DNA of 53,891 nt, from the IMG/VR virus record IMGVR_UViG_3300031951_000045; one strand, 5' to 3'. Shown one piece after another: positions 1 to 8,209 of this stretch. Made by a program: the position numbers and the translations under genes. Position 1 is the first letter of the stretch; the number at the start of each line of letters is the position of its first letter. Below the pieces are notes generated by a model. That model was not told where the DNA came from, made no database searches, and saw only the letters and a list, made by a program, of their open reading frames with translations. The DNA is from an uncultured virus (IMG/VR IMGVR_UViG_3300031951_000045) (Duplodnaviria > Heunggongvirae > Uroviricota > Caudoviricetes).

Positions 1-1
1 A

Positions 2-364
2 ATCCCACCAATAACAAATTATCTCGGTGACTGCTTTTTAAAGATTGCAACACATTTATCATATCGTCCTAATTTTGTAAATTATATTTTTCGTGAAGAT
101 ATGATTAGTGATGGTGTTGAAAATTGTGTTCAATATATTAATAATTTTGATTTAAATAGGTCAAATCCATTTGCTTATTTTACTCAAATTGTCTATTATG
201 CTTTTTTGCGTCGTATTCAGAAAGAGAAAAAGCAAATGGAAATAAAAGAAAAGATTATTGAAAGAAGTGGATACGAGCAGTTGTTTTATGTGGATGATGA
301 CTCACCAAATTCTTCTGACTATAATACAATTAAAGAAAATATTCAAATGAAATCATATCAATGA
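2..364 (+). CDS. gp55: T4-like late-transcription sigma factor gp55 (5' truncated by window edge)
   Basis: Frame is open from position 2 (IPPITNYLGDCFLKIATHLSYRPNFVNY..EDMISDG..NPFAYFTQI..AFLRRIQKEKKQ), typical gp55 motifs; lies upstream of gp47/gp46. Confidence 0.93.
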   Translation: MPPITNYLGDCFLKIATHLSYRPNFVNYIFREDMISDGVENCVQYINNFDLNRSNPFAYFTQIVYYAFLRRIQKEKKQMEIKEKIIERSGYEQLFYVDDDSPNSSDYNTIKENIQMKSYQ

Positions 365-1401
365 AAATTGGAATTATAACTGATACTCATTATAATTTTC
401 GTAAAGCTAATAAGGCATTTCACGAATACTTTGAAAGATTTTATAATGATATATTTTTTCCAAACTTAAAGAAAAATAAAATTAAAACGGTTGTTCATCT
501 TGGAGATGCTTTTGATAATCGTAAAGGAGTAGATTATTGGGCATTGCAATGGGCAAAACGGAACGTATACGATAAGTTTGAACAACTTGGAATCACTGTA
601 TACAGTATTGTTGGAAATCACGATGCATATTATAAAAATACTAATGAAGTAAATTCAATTGATGTTTTATTAAACGAGTACTCAAACATTGTAAAAATAT
701 CAAGTCCAACTGAAATTTTTATTGACGATACTGAGTGTGTTTTTTTACCCTGGATTTGCACTGACAATGAGAAGGACACATTCTCACTATTAGAAGAATC
801 AACTGCAAAAATTGTATTTGGTCACCTTGAACTGTCTGGATTTTCTGTTTATCCTGGACACGTTCAGGAAAACGGACTGAATAAAAATGTATTCAAAAAG
901 TTTGATAGAGTTTTTTCTGGGCACTATCATACTTCTAGTAATGATGGCAAGATTTTTTATCTTGGGAATCCATATCAAATGTTTTGGTGTGATGTGAACG
1001 ATAAAAGGGGATTTCATATTTTTGATACTGATGATTATGCATTAGAAAAAATTGAAAATCCTTACACTATGTTTGAAAAAGTTTATTATGATGACGATAG
1101 TGAGGATATTGATTTTTCCTCACTATCAAACAAGATGATTAAACTTTTTGTACAGAAAAAAGAAAATCATTTAAAGTTTGATAAGTTTGTAAGTCAAATT
1201 GTAAATGCAAATCCATTAGAATTTAAAATTGTTGAGAATTTTGATGTTTATGATGATGATGTGAATTCTGATGAATTTTGTATGGAAGATACACTTAGTA
1301 TTCTGGATAAATACGTTGAAGAGTCTGAATTTAATTTAAATAAAACAATCATCAAAAATCTTTTAAGAGATGTTTACAAAGAAGCATTAGAGATAGAGTA
1401 A
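361..1401 (+). CDS. gp47: Recombination endonuclease subunit gp47 (Mre11/SbcD-like)
   Basis: Metallophosphoesterase motifs DTH, GDAFD, GNHD, GH, SGHYH; synteny. Confidence 0.95.
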   Translation: MKIGIITDTHYNFRKANKAFHEYFERFYNDIFFPNLKKNKIKTVVHLGDAFDNRKGVDYWALQWAKRNVYDKFEQLGITVYSIVGNHDAYYKNTNEVNSIDVLLNEYSNIVKISSPTEIFIDDTECVFLPWICTDNEKDTFSLLEESTAKIVFGHLELSGFSVYPGHVQENGLNKNVFKKFDRVFSGHYHTSSNDGKIFYLGNPYQMFWCDVNDKRGFHIFDTDDYALEKIENPYTMFEKVYYDDDSEDIDFSSLSNKMIKLFVQKKENHLKFDKFVSQIVNANPLEFKIVENFDVYDDDVNSDEFCMEDTLSILDKYVEESEFNLNKTIIKNLLRDVYKEALEIE

Positions 1402-1688
1402 TGTACGTACTATCAATTAAAGAACAAGAAGATGAAGGTGCATATGCAGTAATGAATGAAGATGGTGATAAAACTTTGTATATATTTGAAGAAGAAGACG
1501 ATGCAGAAAGATATGCTGGTCTCTTAGAAGCAGAAGACTATCCAGAGATGTCTGTGGTTGAAGTAGAAGACGAAGTAGCAATAAAAACCTGTGAAGTATA
1601 TGGATATAGTTATGCTATAATTACCCCTAATGACTTTGTAATACCCCCACGAGATTATGATTCTGTTCAAGAAAATTTCATATCGTAA
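1401..1688 (+). CDS. Acidic hypothetical protein between gp47 and gp46
   Basis: 95-aa ORF coupled to gp47 (TAATG) and overlapping the gp46 start. Confidence 0.75.
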   Translation: MYVLSIKEQEDEGAYAVMNEDGDKTLYIFEEEDDAERYAGLLEAEDYPEMSVVEVEDEVAIKTCEVYGYSYAIITPNDFVIPPRDYDSVQENFIS

Positions 1689-3372
1689 TTTTTTATCATC
1701 TGGAAATCAACCTACACAAATTAATCTTTCAGAAAATCAAACAACATTAATTGTGGGGTCTAATGGTTCTGGAAAAAGTACCTTATTAGATGCTTTGTGT
1801 TTTGTGTTGTTTAATAAAGCATTCCGAAAAATTACAAAACCTCAACTTATAAATTCAACTAATTCTAAAGATTGTTTGGTTGAAATAGAGTTTAGTATTG
1901 GCACTAAAGAATATAAAGTAGTAAGAGGAATTAAACCAAATATTTTTGAGATTTGGGTAGATGGAGTTTTGCAAAACCAATCCTCGGCTACGGTGGACCA
2001 GCAAAAACAACTAGAAGAGAGTATTCTTAAATTGAATTATAAGTCATTTACTCAAATTGTTATTTTGGGAAGTGCATCTTTTGTTCCCTTTATGCAACTT
2101 TCTGCTTCAACAAGAAGAGAAATTGTTGAAGATTTGTTGGACATAAAAATATTTTCCTCTATGAATTCTGTAATTAAAGATAAAATTCGTAAAATCAATG
2201 AAGAAATAAAGGACTCATCTTTTATTGAAAAGACAACAGAAGAAAAAATTGAGATGCAAAAGAGTTTTATTGAGGAACTTGAGAATCGTGGTAATGCCAA
2301 CATAAATGCCAATAAGGAAAAGATTGCCAAGTTAAATACTGAAATTGACAATTATGAGGCAGATAATGATGCCATAGGATATGGTCTTAAGGGTCATCAA
2401 AAAGATCAAGAAGAACTCATTGGTGCTGATGATAAGTTAGTAAAACTAAACAATCTCAAAGGTAAAATCTCTCAGAAAGTATCTGTGATTACTAAAGAGC
2501 ATAAGTTTTTTACTGAAAATACGGTCTGCCCTACTTGCACTCAAACAATTGAAGAAGAGTTTCGGTTAAATAGAATTACAGACGCTCAAAATAAAGCAAA
2601 GGAACTCCAGAAAGGGTTTCAAGAACTTGAGGAGACTATAAAGTTAGAACAAGAGCGAGAGCGTCAATTTGTTGTTCTTTCTAAGGAGATCACTAAACTT
2701 ACATATGAAATTTCTCAAAACAATACTCGGATCAGTTTCAATCAAAGACAAATCCGAGAACTTGAATATGAAATTCAAACTATTACCGACAAAAGTAAAA
2801 ACAGAACTTCTGAGAGAGATGAATTAAAAAAGTTAGAAAAACAACTTATTGAAATAACGAAGAATAAAGTTAAACATAAAGAAAATATTTCTTATTATGA
2901 TTTTTTGCATTTATTGATGAAAGATGGTGGAATTAAGGCAAAAATTATACAAAAATATTTGCCTTCTATGAATCAACTTATCAACAAATATTTGCAATTG
3001 ATGGACTTTTATATCAATTTTACTTTTGATGAAGAATTTAAAGAAATAATCAAATCCCCAATTTATGAGGACTTTAGTTATGATTCCTTCAGTGAAGGAG
3101 AAAAGATGAGAATTAATCTTGCAATTTTATTTACTTGGAGAGAAATTGCAAGACTTAAAAATTCTGTAAATACTAATCTTCTTATTCTAGATGAAGTATT
3201 TGATAGTTCTTTAGATTTTGCTGGAACTGATTATTTTACAAAAATTATTAAGTTTATGATTAGCAATACTAATGTATTTGTCATATCACATAAGACAGAT
3301 GAATTAATTGATAAATTTGACAAAGTGATTAAATTTGAAAAAGTTAAAGGATTCAGCAAAATGGTTGACTGA
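1657..3372 (+). CDS. gp46: Recombination ATPase gp46 (Rad50/SbcC-like)
   Basis: Walker A GSNGSGKS, coiled coil with CPTC zinc hook, FSEGEK signature, LILDEVFD Walker B. Confidence 0.96.
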   Translation: MILFKKISYRNFLSSGNQPTQINLSENQTTLIVGSNGSGKSTLLDALCFVLFNKAFRKITKPQLINSTNSKDCLVEIEFSIGTKEYKVVRGIKPNIFEIWVDGVLQNQSSATVDQQKQLEESILKLNYKSFTQIVILGSASFVPFMQLSASTRREIVEDLLDIKIFSSMNSVIKDKIRKINEEIKDSSFIEKTTEEKIEMQKSFIEELENRGNANINANKEKIAKLNTEIDNYEADNDAIGYGLKGHQKDQEELIGADDKLVKLNNLKGKISQKVSVITKEHKFFTENTVCPTCTQTIEEEFRLNRITDAQNKAKELQKGFQELEETIKLEQERERQFVVLSKEITKLTYEISQNNTRISFNQRQIRELEYEIQTITDKSKNRTSERDELKKLEKQLIEITKNKVKHKENISYYDFLHLLMKDGGIKAKIIQKYLPSMNQLINKYLQLMDFYINFTFDEEFKEIIKSPIYEDFSYDSFSEGEKMRINLAILFTWREIARLKNSVNTNLLILDEVFDSSLDFAGTDYFTKIIKFMISNTNVFVISHKTDELIDKFDKVIKFEKVKGFSKMVD

Positions 3373-3393
3373 TTCCAAGTTAACTGATATGAT
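3365..3393 (+). promoter_or_regulatory. Sigma70-type promoter
   Basis: TTGACT-17nt-TATGAT. Confidence 0.55.
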
Positions 3394-3474
3394 TGATGAA
3401 GGTTATTATGACTTTCCCTAATTATGTTTGGACCAGAAGATTAACGCAACCGTGCAAATAAATTCACACCCATT

Positions 3475-3822
3475 ATGAATGATCATAATGGACTAAATGA
3501 TATTACAAAAAAACCTACTTTTATGACCGAAAACACAAATACTAATGGTTTCTGGAAATACAATGAAGATAAAATCCTGAAACAACTTGAAGAATATATT
3601 GCTGGCACTTATAATCAGCATTATCTTGATAAGAGTTCTGGTGGAACAGAACAGACACAGGATAAAATCAAACACAATCGTCGTGAAGGTTTCTTTGCTG
3701 GCAACATTACTAAGTATGCTGATCGTTATGATACCAAAGGAACTCCTCGTGCTGACTTGTTCAAAGTATTGCACTATACTATTCTTTTGATCAATCATCT
3801 CAATCTCGTTGAAAATAAGTGA
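3475..3822 (+). CDS. Cyanophage-type hypothetical protein
   Basis: WKYNEDKIL..TY..HY..GNITKYADRY..K..DLFKVLHY pattern; lies upstream of gp45. Confidence 0.75.
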   Translation: MNDHNGLNDITKKPTFMTENTNTNGFWKYNEDKILKQLEEYIAGTYNQHYLDKSSGGTEQTQDKIKHNRREGFFAGNITKYADRYDTKGTPRADLFKVLHYTILLINHLNLVENK

Positions 3823-3839
3823 AACTGAAACCAAAAATT

Positions 3840-4505
3840 ATGAAACTTTCTGAAACTACTCTCACTATTCTAAAAAACTTTTCTTCAATTAATCAGTCTA
3901 TTTTGGTTAAGGAAGGTTCCAAACTTCGCACAATTTCTGTGATGAAAAATATTCTTGCGGAAGCAGAAATTAACGAAGAGTTTCCAAAGGACTTTGCAAT
4001 TTATGACCTCAATCAATTTCTAAATGGTCTTGGGTTGCATCAAGATCCAGATCTTGATTTTGAAAATGATTCCCACGTAATTATTCGTGAAGGAAAACGT
4101 AGGGTAAAATATTTCTTTGCTGATCCTGAAGTGATTGTGTCACCACCAGAAAAGGAAATTTCTCTTCCATCGCAGGATGTTTGTTTTCAATTAGAACATT
4201 CTCAAATGGAAAAATTGATTAAAGCATCTGCAGTTTATCAACTTCCAGATCTTTCTGTTATTGGTGAGAATGGTGTAATTAAACTGGTGGTTCGTGACAA
4301 AAAGAATGATACTTCCAATGAATATTCAATTATTGTAGGTGAAACTAATAAAACATTCACGTTCAATTTTAAGGTGGAAAACATTAAGATTATTCCTGGT
4401 GCCTATGACGTTATAGTGTCTTCTAAACTTTTGTCACAATTTAAGAATAACAAGTACAATCTTTGCTACTATATTGCTCTTGAACCCGATTCTTCTTTTG
4501 AATGA
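3840..4505 (+). CDS. gp45: Sliding clamp gp45
   Basis: MKLSETTLTILKNFSSINQS..FAIYDLNQFL..YYIALEPDS. Confidence 0.95.
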   Translation: MKLSETTLTILKNFSSINQSILVKEGSKLRTISVMKNILAEAEINEEFPKDFAIYDLNQFLNGLGLHQDPDLDFENDSHVIIREGKRRVKYFFADPEVIVSPPEKEISLPSQDVCFQLEHSQMEKLIKASAVYQLPDLSVIGENGVIKLVVRDKKNDTSNEYSIIVGETNKTFTFNFKVENIKIIPGAYDVIVSSKLLSQFKNNKYNLCYYIALEPDSSFE

Positions 4506-5014
4506 ACATCTTTGCAACTTGCCCTTGGCCTGCTGAAAGTGCTATTTGTCTTCCCGATAAACATATCGTCAAGATGCCTCTGGAATGCTGCCAAATGCTT
4601 TCTATTGTGGCATCTAAAAAATGGGGTCATAATTATGGAACACTTCCTAAAGCAGATGGAACTCCTTATGCAACTGAAAAAGGTGCTTTTCGTAATCACC
4701 CCTGCACTAAATGGGCATCAGAAACTATTGATAATGCCTATTGGTTGATTAAGCACGGAATGAATTTATGTGATGAATATCATTTAAGATATGGAAAACA
4801 ACATTCGTGCTATAATACTTTACTTCAAGCATATTATATTTTTCCAAAAGGAAAAATAGATAATATAACTCCATTTGCTCGTGCTATGCCTGATGAGTAT
4901 AAACTTGATACAAGCATTGACACTTTTACTGCTTACAAGATGTATATCGCATCCAAACCTTGGGTTGCATCTAATTATCTTCGTATGCCTCAACGAAAAC
5001 CTGAATGGATCTAA
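4502..5014 (+). CDS. Pyrimidine-dimer DNA glycosylase (DenV-like) family protein
   Basis: MNIF..DKHIVKMPLECCQML..NHPCTKW..EY..RYGK.H..AMPDEYK motifs. Confidence 0.75.
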   Translation: MNIFATCPWPAESAICLPDKHIVKMPLECCQMLSIVASKKWGHNYGTLPKADGTPYATEKGAFRNHPCTKWASETIDNAYWLIKHGMNLCDEYHLRYGKQHSCYNTLLQAYYIFPKGKIDNITPFARAMPDEYKLDTSIDTFTAYKMYIASKPWVASNYLRMPQRKPEWI

Positions 5015-5017
5015 ATT

Positions 5018-5962
5018 ATGACAAGTGAATTTCTTTTTGTGGAGAAGTACCGTCCTAAAGTAATTGAGGACTGTATTCTTCCTGATGATACTAAAAAAAC
5101 ATTTAAGGAGTTTGTGGAGAAGGGTGAGATTCCCAATCTCCTTCTCGCAGGACCTCCTGGTATTGGTAAAACTACAATCGCAAAAGCATTGTGCAATGAA
5201 TTGGGAGCAGATTATTATGTCATCAACGGATCCGACGAAGGACGTTTCTTGGATACTGTACGAAACCAAGCAAAGAACTTCGCTTCGACCGTCTCACTTA
5301 CGGGATCTTCTAAACACAAAGTCATCATCATCGATGAAGCTGATAACACAGGAAACGACGTACAACTCCTACTACGGGCGAATATTGAGGCATTTTATAA
5401 TAACTGCAGATTTATCTTCACCTGCAATTATAAAAACAAAATCATTGAACCTCTCCATTCCCGATGTGCAGTCATTGATTTCGCAATCAAAGGAAAACAG
5501 AAAGCACAACTCGCAGGAAGTTTCTTCAAGAGAGTTCTCCAAATCTTGGATCAGGAAAAAATTGAGTACGATCAAAAAGTCGTTGCTGAACTTGTATCCA
5601 AGCACTTTCCTGACTTCAGGAGAGTCCTTAATGAATGCCAAAGGTATTCTACTGGAGGAAAAATAGACTCTGGCATTCTTGTATCTTTTTCGGACGTTAC
5701 TGTAAATGAACTTGTTAAACATCTTAAAGAAAAAAATTTCTCAGAAGTCCGAAAGTGGGTGGTCTCCAACTTGGACAATGATTCTTCTGTCATTCTTCGC
5801 AGGGTTTATGACACCCTTTATAGTGTTCTACTCCCCCAGTTTATCCCCGCTGCCGTTCTTGTTATTGCTAAGTATCAATACCAATGTGCGTTCGTGGCTG
5901 ATCAAGAAATTAACCTCCTAGCAGCATTAACTGAAATTATGTGTGAGTGTGAATTTAAATGA
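5018..5962 (+). CDS. gp44: Clamp loader large subunit gp44
   Basis: VEKYRP, GPPGIGKT, DEAD, SRC motifs. Confidence 0.96.
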   Translation: MTSEFLFVEKYRPKVIEDCILPDDTKKTFKEFVEKGEIPNLLLAGPPGIGKTTIAKALCNELGADYYVINGSDEGRFLDTVRNQAKNFASTVSLTGSSKHKVIIIDEADNTGNDVQLLLRANIEAFYNNCRFIFTCNYKNKIIEPLHSRCAVIDFAIKGKQKAQLAGSFFKRVLQILDQEKIEYDQKVVAELVSKHFPDFRRVLNECQRYSTGGKIDSGILVSFSDVTVNELVKHLKEKNFSEVRKWVVSNLDNDSSVILRRVYDTLYSVLLPQFIPAAVLVIAKYQYQCAFVADQEINLLAALTEIMCECEFK

Positions 5963-6165
5963 GTTTTTATAAAATTAATAAGACATCTTTTCATGAGATT
6001 CCAGCAAAAACAACACCACAGAATGTTCAAGAAGCAAATGAAGGTTTGTTTCGGGCAAAGATGACTCTTCCTGCTGCTGCAAAACATTGTGGTATGACAC
6101 AGAAAGAAATGAAACTTACTTTTTTTGAGTACTTAAAGTACAATAGACCTGATTATGAAAGTTGA
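5959..6165 (+). CDS. Small hypothetical protein (possible HTH)
   Basis: 68-aa ORF overlapping gp44 and gp62; MTLPAAAKHCGMTQKEMK resembles an HTH. Confidence 0.6.
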   Translation: MSFYKINKTSFHEIPAKTTPQNVQEANEGLFRAKMTLPAAAKHCGMTQKEMKLTFFEYLKYNRPDYES

Positions 6166-6541
6166 ACTTAAAGATTGGTTGAATTCAATAAATCAAACAA
6201 AAAATAATTTAATTGATGAAAATATAGAACTAGAAAAAGAATATCCTCCTTACATTATTAATCGGTGTTTTTCTGGGCACATTGATGCAATAATGTTTGC
6301 AAATGAAATGAACAGATTTCATTTTCTTCCCAAAAAAATGCAATATGATTTTTATATAAATATTTTGAGGAAAAAGAAAAGATTTTCTCCTTGGATTCGT
6401 AAAGATGCAATTAAAGATATTGATTGCGTTAAACATTATTATGGATACAGCGATGAAAAGGCAAAACAAGCTTTGAAAATTTTAACAAAAGAGCAAATCA
6501 ATTTTATAAAATCAAAATTTGAAACTGGAGGAATGAAATGA
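6155..6541 (+). CDS. gp62: Clamp loader small subunit gp62
   Basis: LKDWLNSIN..YPPYIINR..ANEMN..QYDFY..RKKKRFSPW..YYGYS. Confidence 0.93.
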   Translation: MKVELKDWLNSINQTKNNLIDENIELEKEYPPYIINRCFSGHIDAIMFANEMNRFHFLPKKMQYDFYINILRKKKRFSPWIRKDAIKDIDCVKHYYGYSDEKAKQALKILTKEQINFIKSKFETGGMK

Positions 6542-6978
6542 CTACTATTGTTGAACCTATTGTGAATTGGACACCAGAACACATGATTGAAGTGGTTCTT
6601 AATGAACCAGATGACTTCCTCAAAGTTCGTGAGACACTGACCAGAATTGGAGTGGCATCACGAAAAGAGAAGAAAATCTATCAGTCCTGTCATATCCTTC
6701 ATAAGCAAGGTCGTTATTATATTGTTCACTTTAAAGAACTTTTTGCACTTGATGGCAAGTATGCAAATTTAACTTTAAATGATATTCAGAGGAGAAATAG
6801 AATTATTCAACTATTATCAGATTGGGGGTTGATTACAGTCGTTAAAGTTGAAAAGATTGTAGATATTGCTCCTCTAAATCAAATTAAAGTTATTTCTTAT
6901 AAGGACAAGGGAGACTGGATTTTAGAAACCAAATACAATATTGGTGCTAAGAAGAAAAAGGTTGAGGAAACCGAATAA
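6538..6978 (+). CDS. regA: Translational repressor RegA
   Basis: DDFLKVRETLTRIGVAS..QSCHILHKQGRYYIVHFKELFALDG. Confidence 0.97.
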   Translation: MTTIVEPIVNWTPEHMIEVVLNEPDDFLKVRETLTRIGVASRKEKKIYQSCHILHKQGRYYIVHFKELFALDGKYANLTLNDIQRRNRIIQLLSDWGLITVVKVEKIVDIAPLNQIKVISYKDKGDWILETKYNIGAKKKKVEETE

Positions 6979-6983
6979 AAAGA

Positions 6984-7010
6984 GGACGGGTTTCCAACCC
7001 GTCTTTTTTT
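6984..7010 (+). terminator. Rho-independent terminator after regA
   Basis: GGACGGGTT-tcc-AACCCGTCT followed by a T tract. Confidence 0.85.
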
Positions 7011-7086
7011 GTGATCTTTTATAATTATATACGGATGCCGTAAGGATCCACAAAACGTAAACCTCGCTTTTAAAGGAGATACCATA

Positions 7087-7527
7087 ATGACTAACCTTGC
7101 AACATCACGGTTTACTGCGTCCGATCTTCCCGCTTTGATGGAAAGAATCACTCGCAATAGTATTGGAATGGACGAATATTTTGATCGTCTATTTAATCTT
7201 CACGAAACTACAAATAACTATCCACCTTATAATCTAGTTCAGGTAAATAATGTGGAGTCTCTTTTAGAGATTGCACTTGCCGGATTCAAGAAGGAAGAGG
7301 TGAATGTTTTCACAGAGTATGGAAAACTTTTTGTCGAAGGGCAAAAATCAGATACAGAATCGGATAGAAAGTTTGTCCACAAGGGTCTGGCTCAACGAAG
7401 TTTTAAAAGGATATGGACTCTCTCCGACGACACCGAAGTCCGAGAAGTCATCTTTGAAGATGGATTACTTACCATTCGATTAGGAAAGATTGTTCCAGAA
7501 CATCATAGTCGCAAAGATTACCTCTAA
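7087..7527 (+). CDS. hsp20: Small heat shock protein Hsp20
   Basis: NYPPYNL..LEIALAGF..HKGLAQRSF..FEDGLL alpha-crystallin domain; AAGGAG SD. Confidence 0.95.
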   Translation: MTNLATSRFTASDLPALMERITRNSIGMDEYFDRLFNLHETTNNYPPYNLVQVNNVESLLEIALAGFKKEEVNVFTEYGKLFVEGQKSDTESDRKFVHKGLAQRSFKRIWTLSDDTEVREVIFEDGLLTIRLGKIVPEHHSRKDYL

Positions 7528-7562
7528 ATACTTAAGGCTGCCCTACAAATATTGTTGCCGCA

Positions 7563-7615
7563 GGGAGGTAACTGGCAAAAACCAGTTTGACACCTCCCTT
7601 TTTTTGTAGTAAAAT
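7563..7615 (+). terminator. Terminator hairpin overlapping a sigma70 promoter
   Basis: GGGAGGT..AACTGG/CCAGTT..ACCTCCC plus T tract; TTGACA (7587)-17nt-TAAAAT (7610). Confidence 0.7.
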
Positions 7616-7635
7616 CTTAAAAAAGGTATGATAAA

Positions 7636-8007
7636 ATGACTGTAAAACTTGCGATATTGAAATCTGGAGAAGATGTGATTGCAGACATTAAAGAATTGGT
7701 TTCAGACGAAGAAAAAGTAATTTCTTATGTCTTTTCAAATCCATTTGTAGTTAAACTAATTGAACCAGAAATTTTAACAAATGATGATCAATCAACAGTA
7801 AACAGACAATATGGTTTGTCTGTTTATCCGTGGATTCCACTTACTGAACAAAAAGACATTGTAGTAAATCCAGATTGGATTGTCACTGTTGTGGAACCTG
7901 CTACAACTTTAAAAAAATCTTATGAGGAAAAAAATTATGGAAGAGGCAACAAAGAGTCAAGTGATTCAAGTTCTGATACTACAGAATCAGTTGAATTTAA
8001 TAACTGA
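7636..8007 (+). CDS. Cyanophage-type hypothetical protein
   Basis: MTVKLAILKSGEDVIADIKE..PWIPL..DWIVTVVEP; lies between hsp20 and gp43. Confidence 0.8.
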   Translation: MTVKLAILKSGEDVIADIKELVSDEEKVISYVFSNPFVVKLIEPEILTNDDQSTVNRQYGLSVYPWIPLTEQKDIVVNPDWIVTVVEPATTLKKSYEEKNYGRGNKESSDSSSDTTESVEFNN

Positions 8008-8209
8008 AATTGAAGAAGTTCTTGTTGAATTTGGTGAACCAAATTGCAAATTGACAAAACCATATTTGATTTCTGATGATGGAAGTCTTTCTCCTTGGTT
8101 GAAGTCATTTACAAATGACACAGAAATTATGATGAGTTCTGATAAGATTTTAACTCTTATTGAACCAAACGGAAAATTACTTGATGAATATACTGAACTT
8201 ACAAAATGA
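7937..8209 (+). CDS. Cyanophage-type hypothetical protein
   Basis: GEPNCKLTKPY..PWL..SDKILTLIEP; coupled to the gp43 start. Confidence 0.75.
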   Translation: MEEATKSQVIQVLILQNQLNLITEIEEVLVEFGEPNCKLTKPYLISDDGSLSPWLKSFTNDTEIMMSSDKILTLIEPNGKLLDEYTELTK

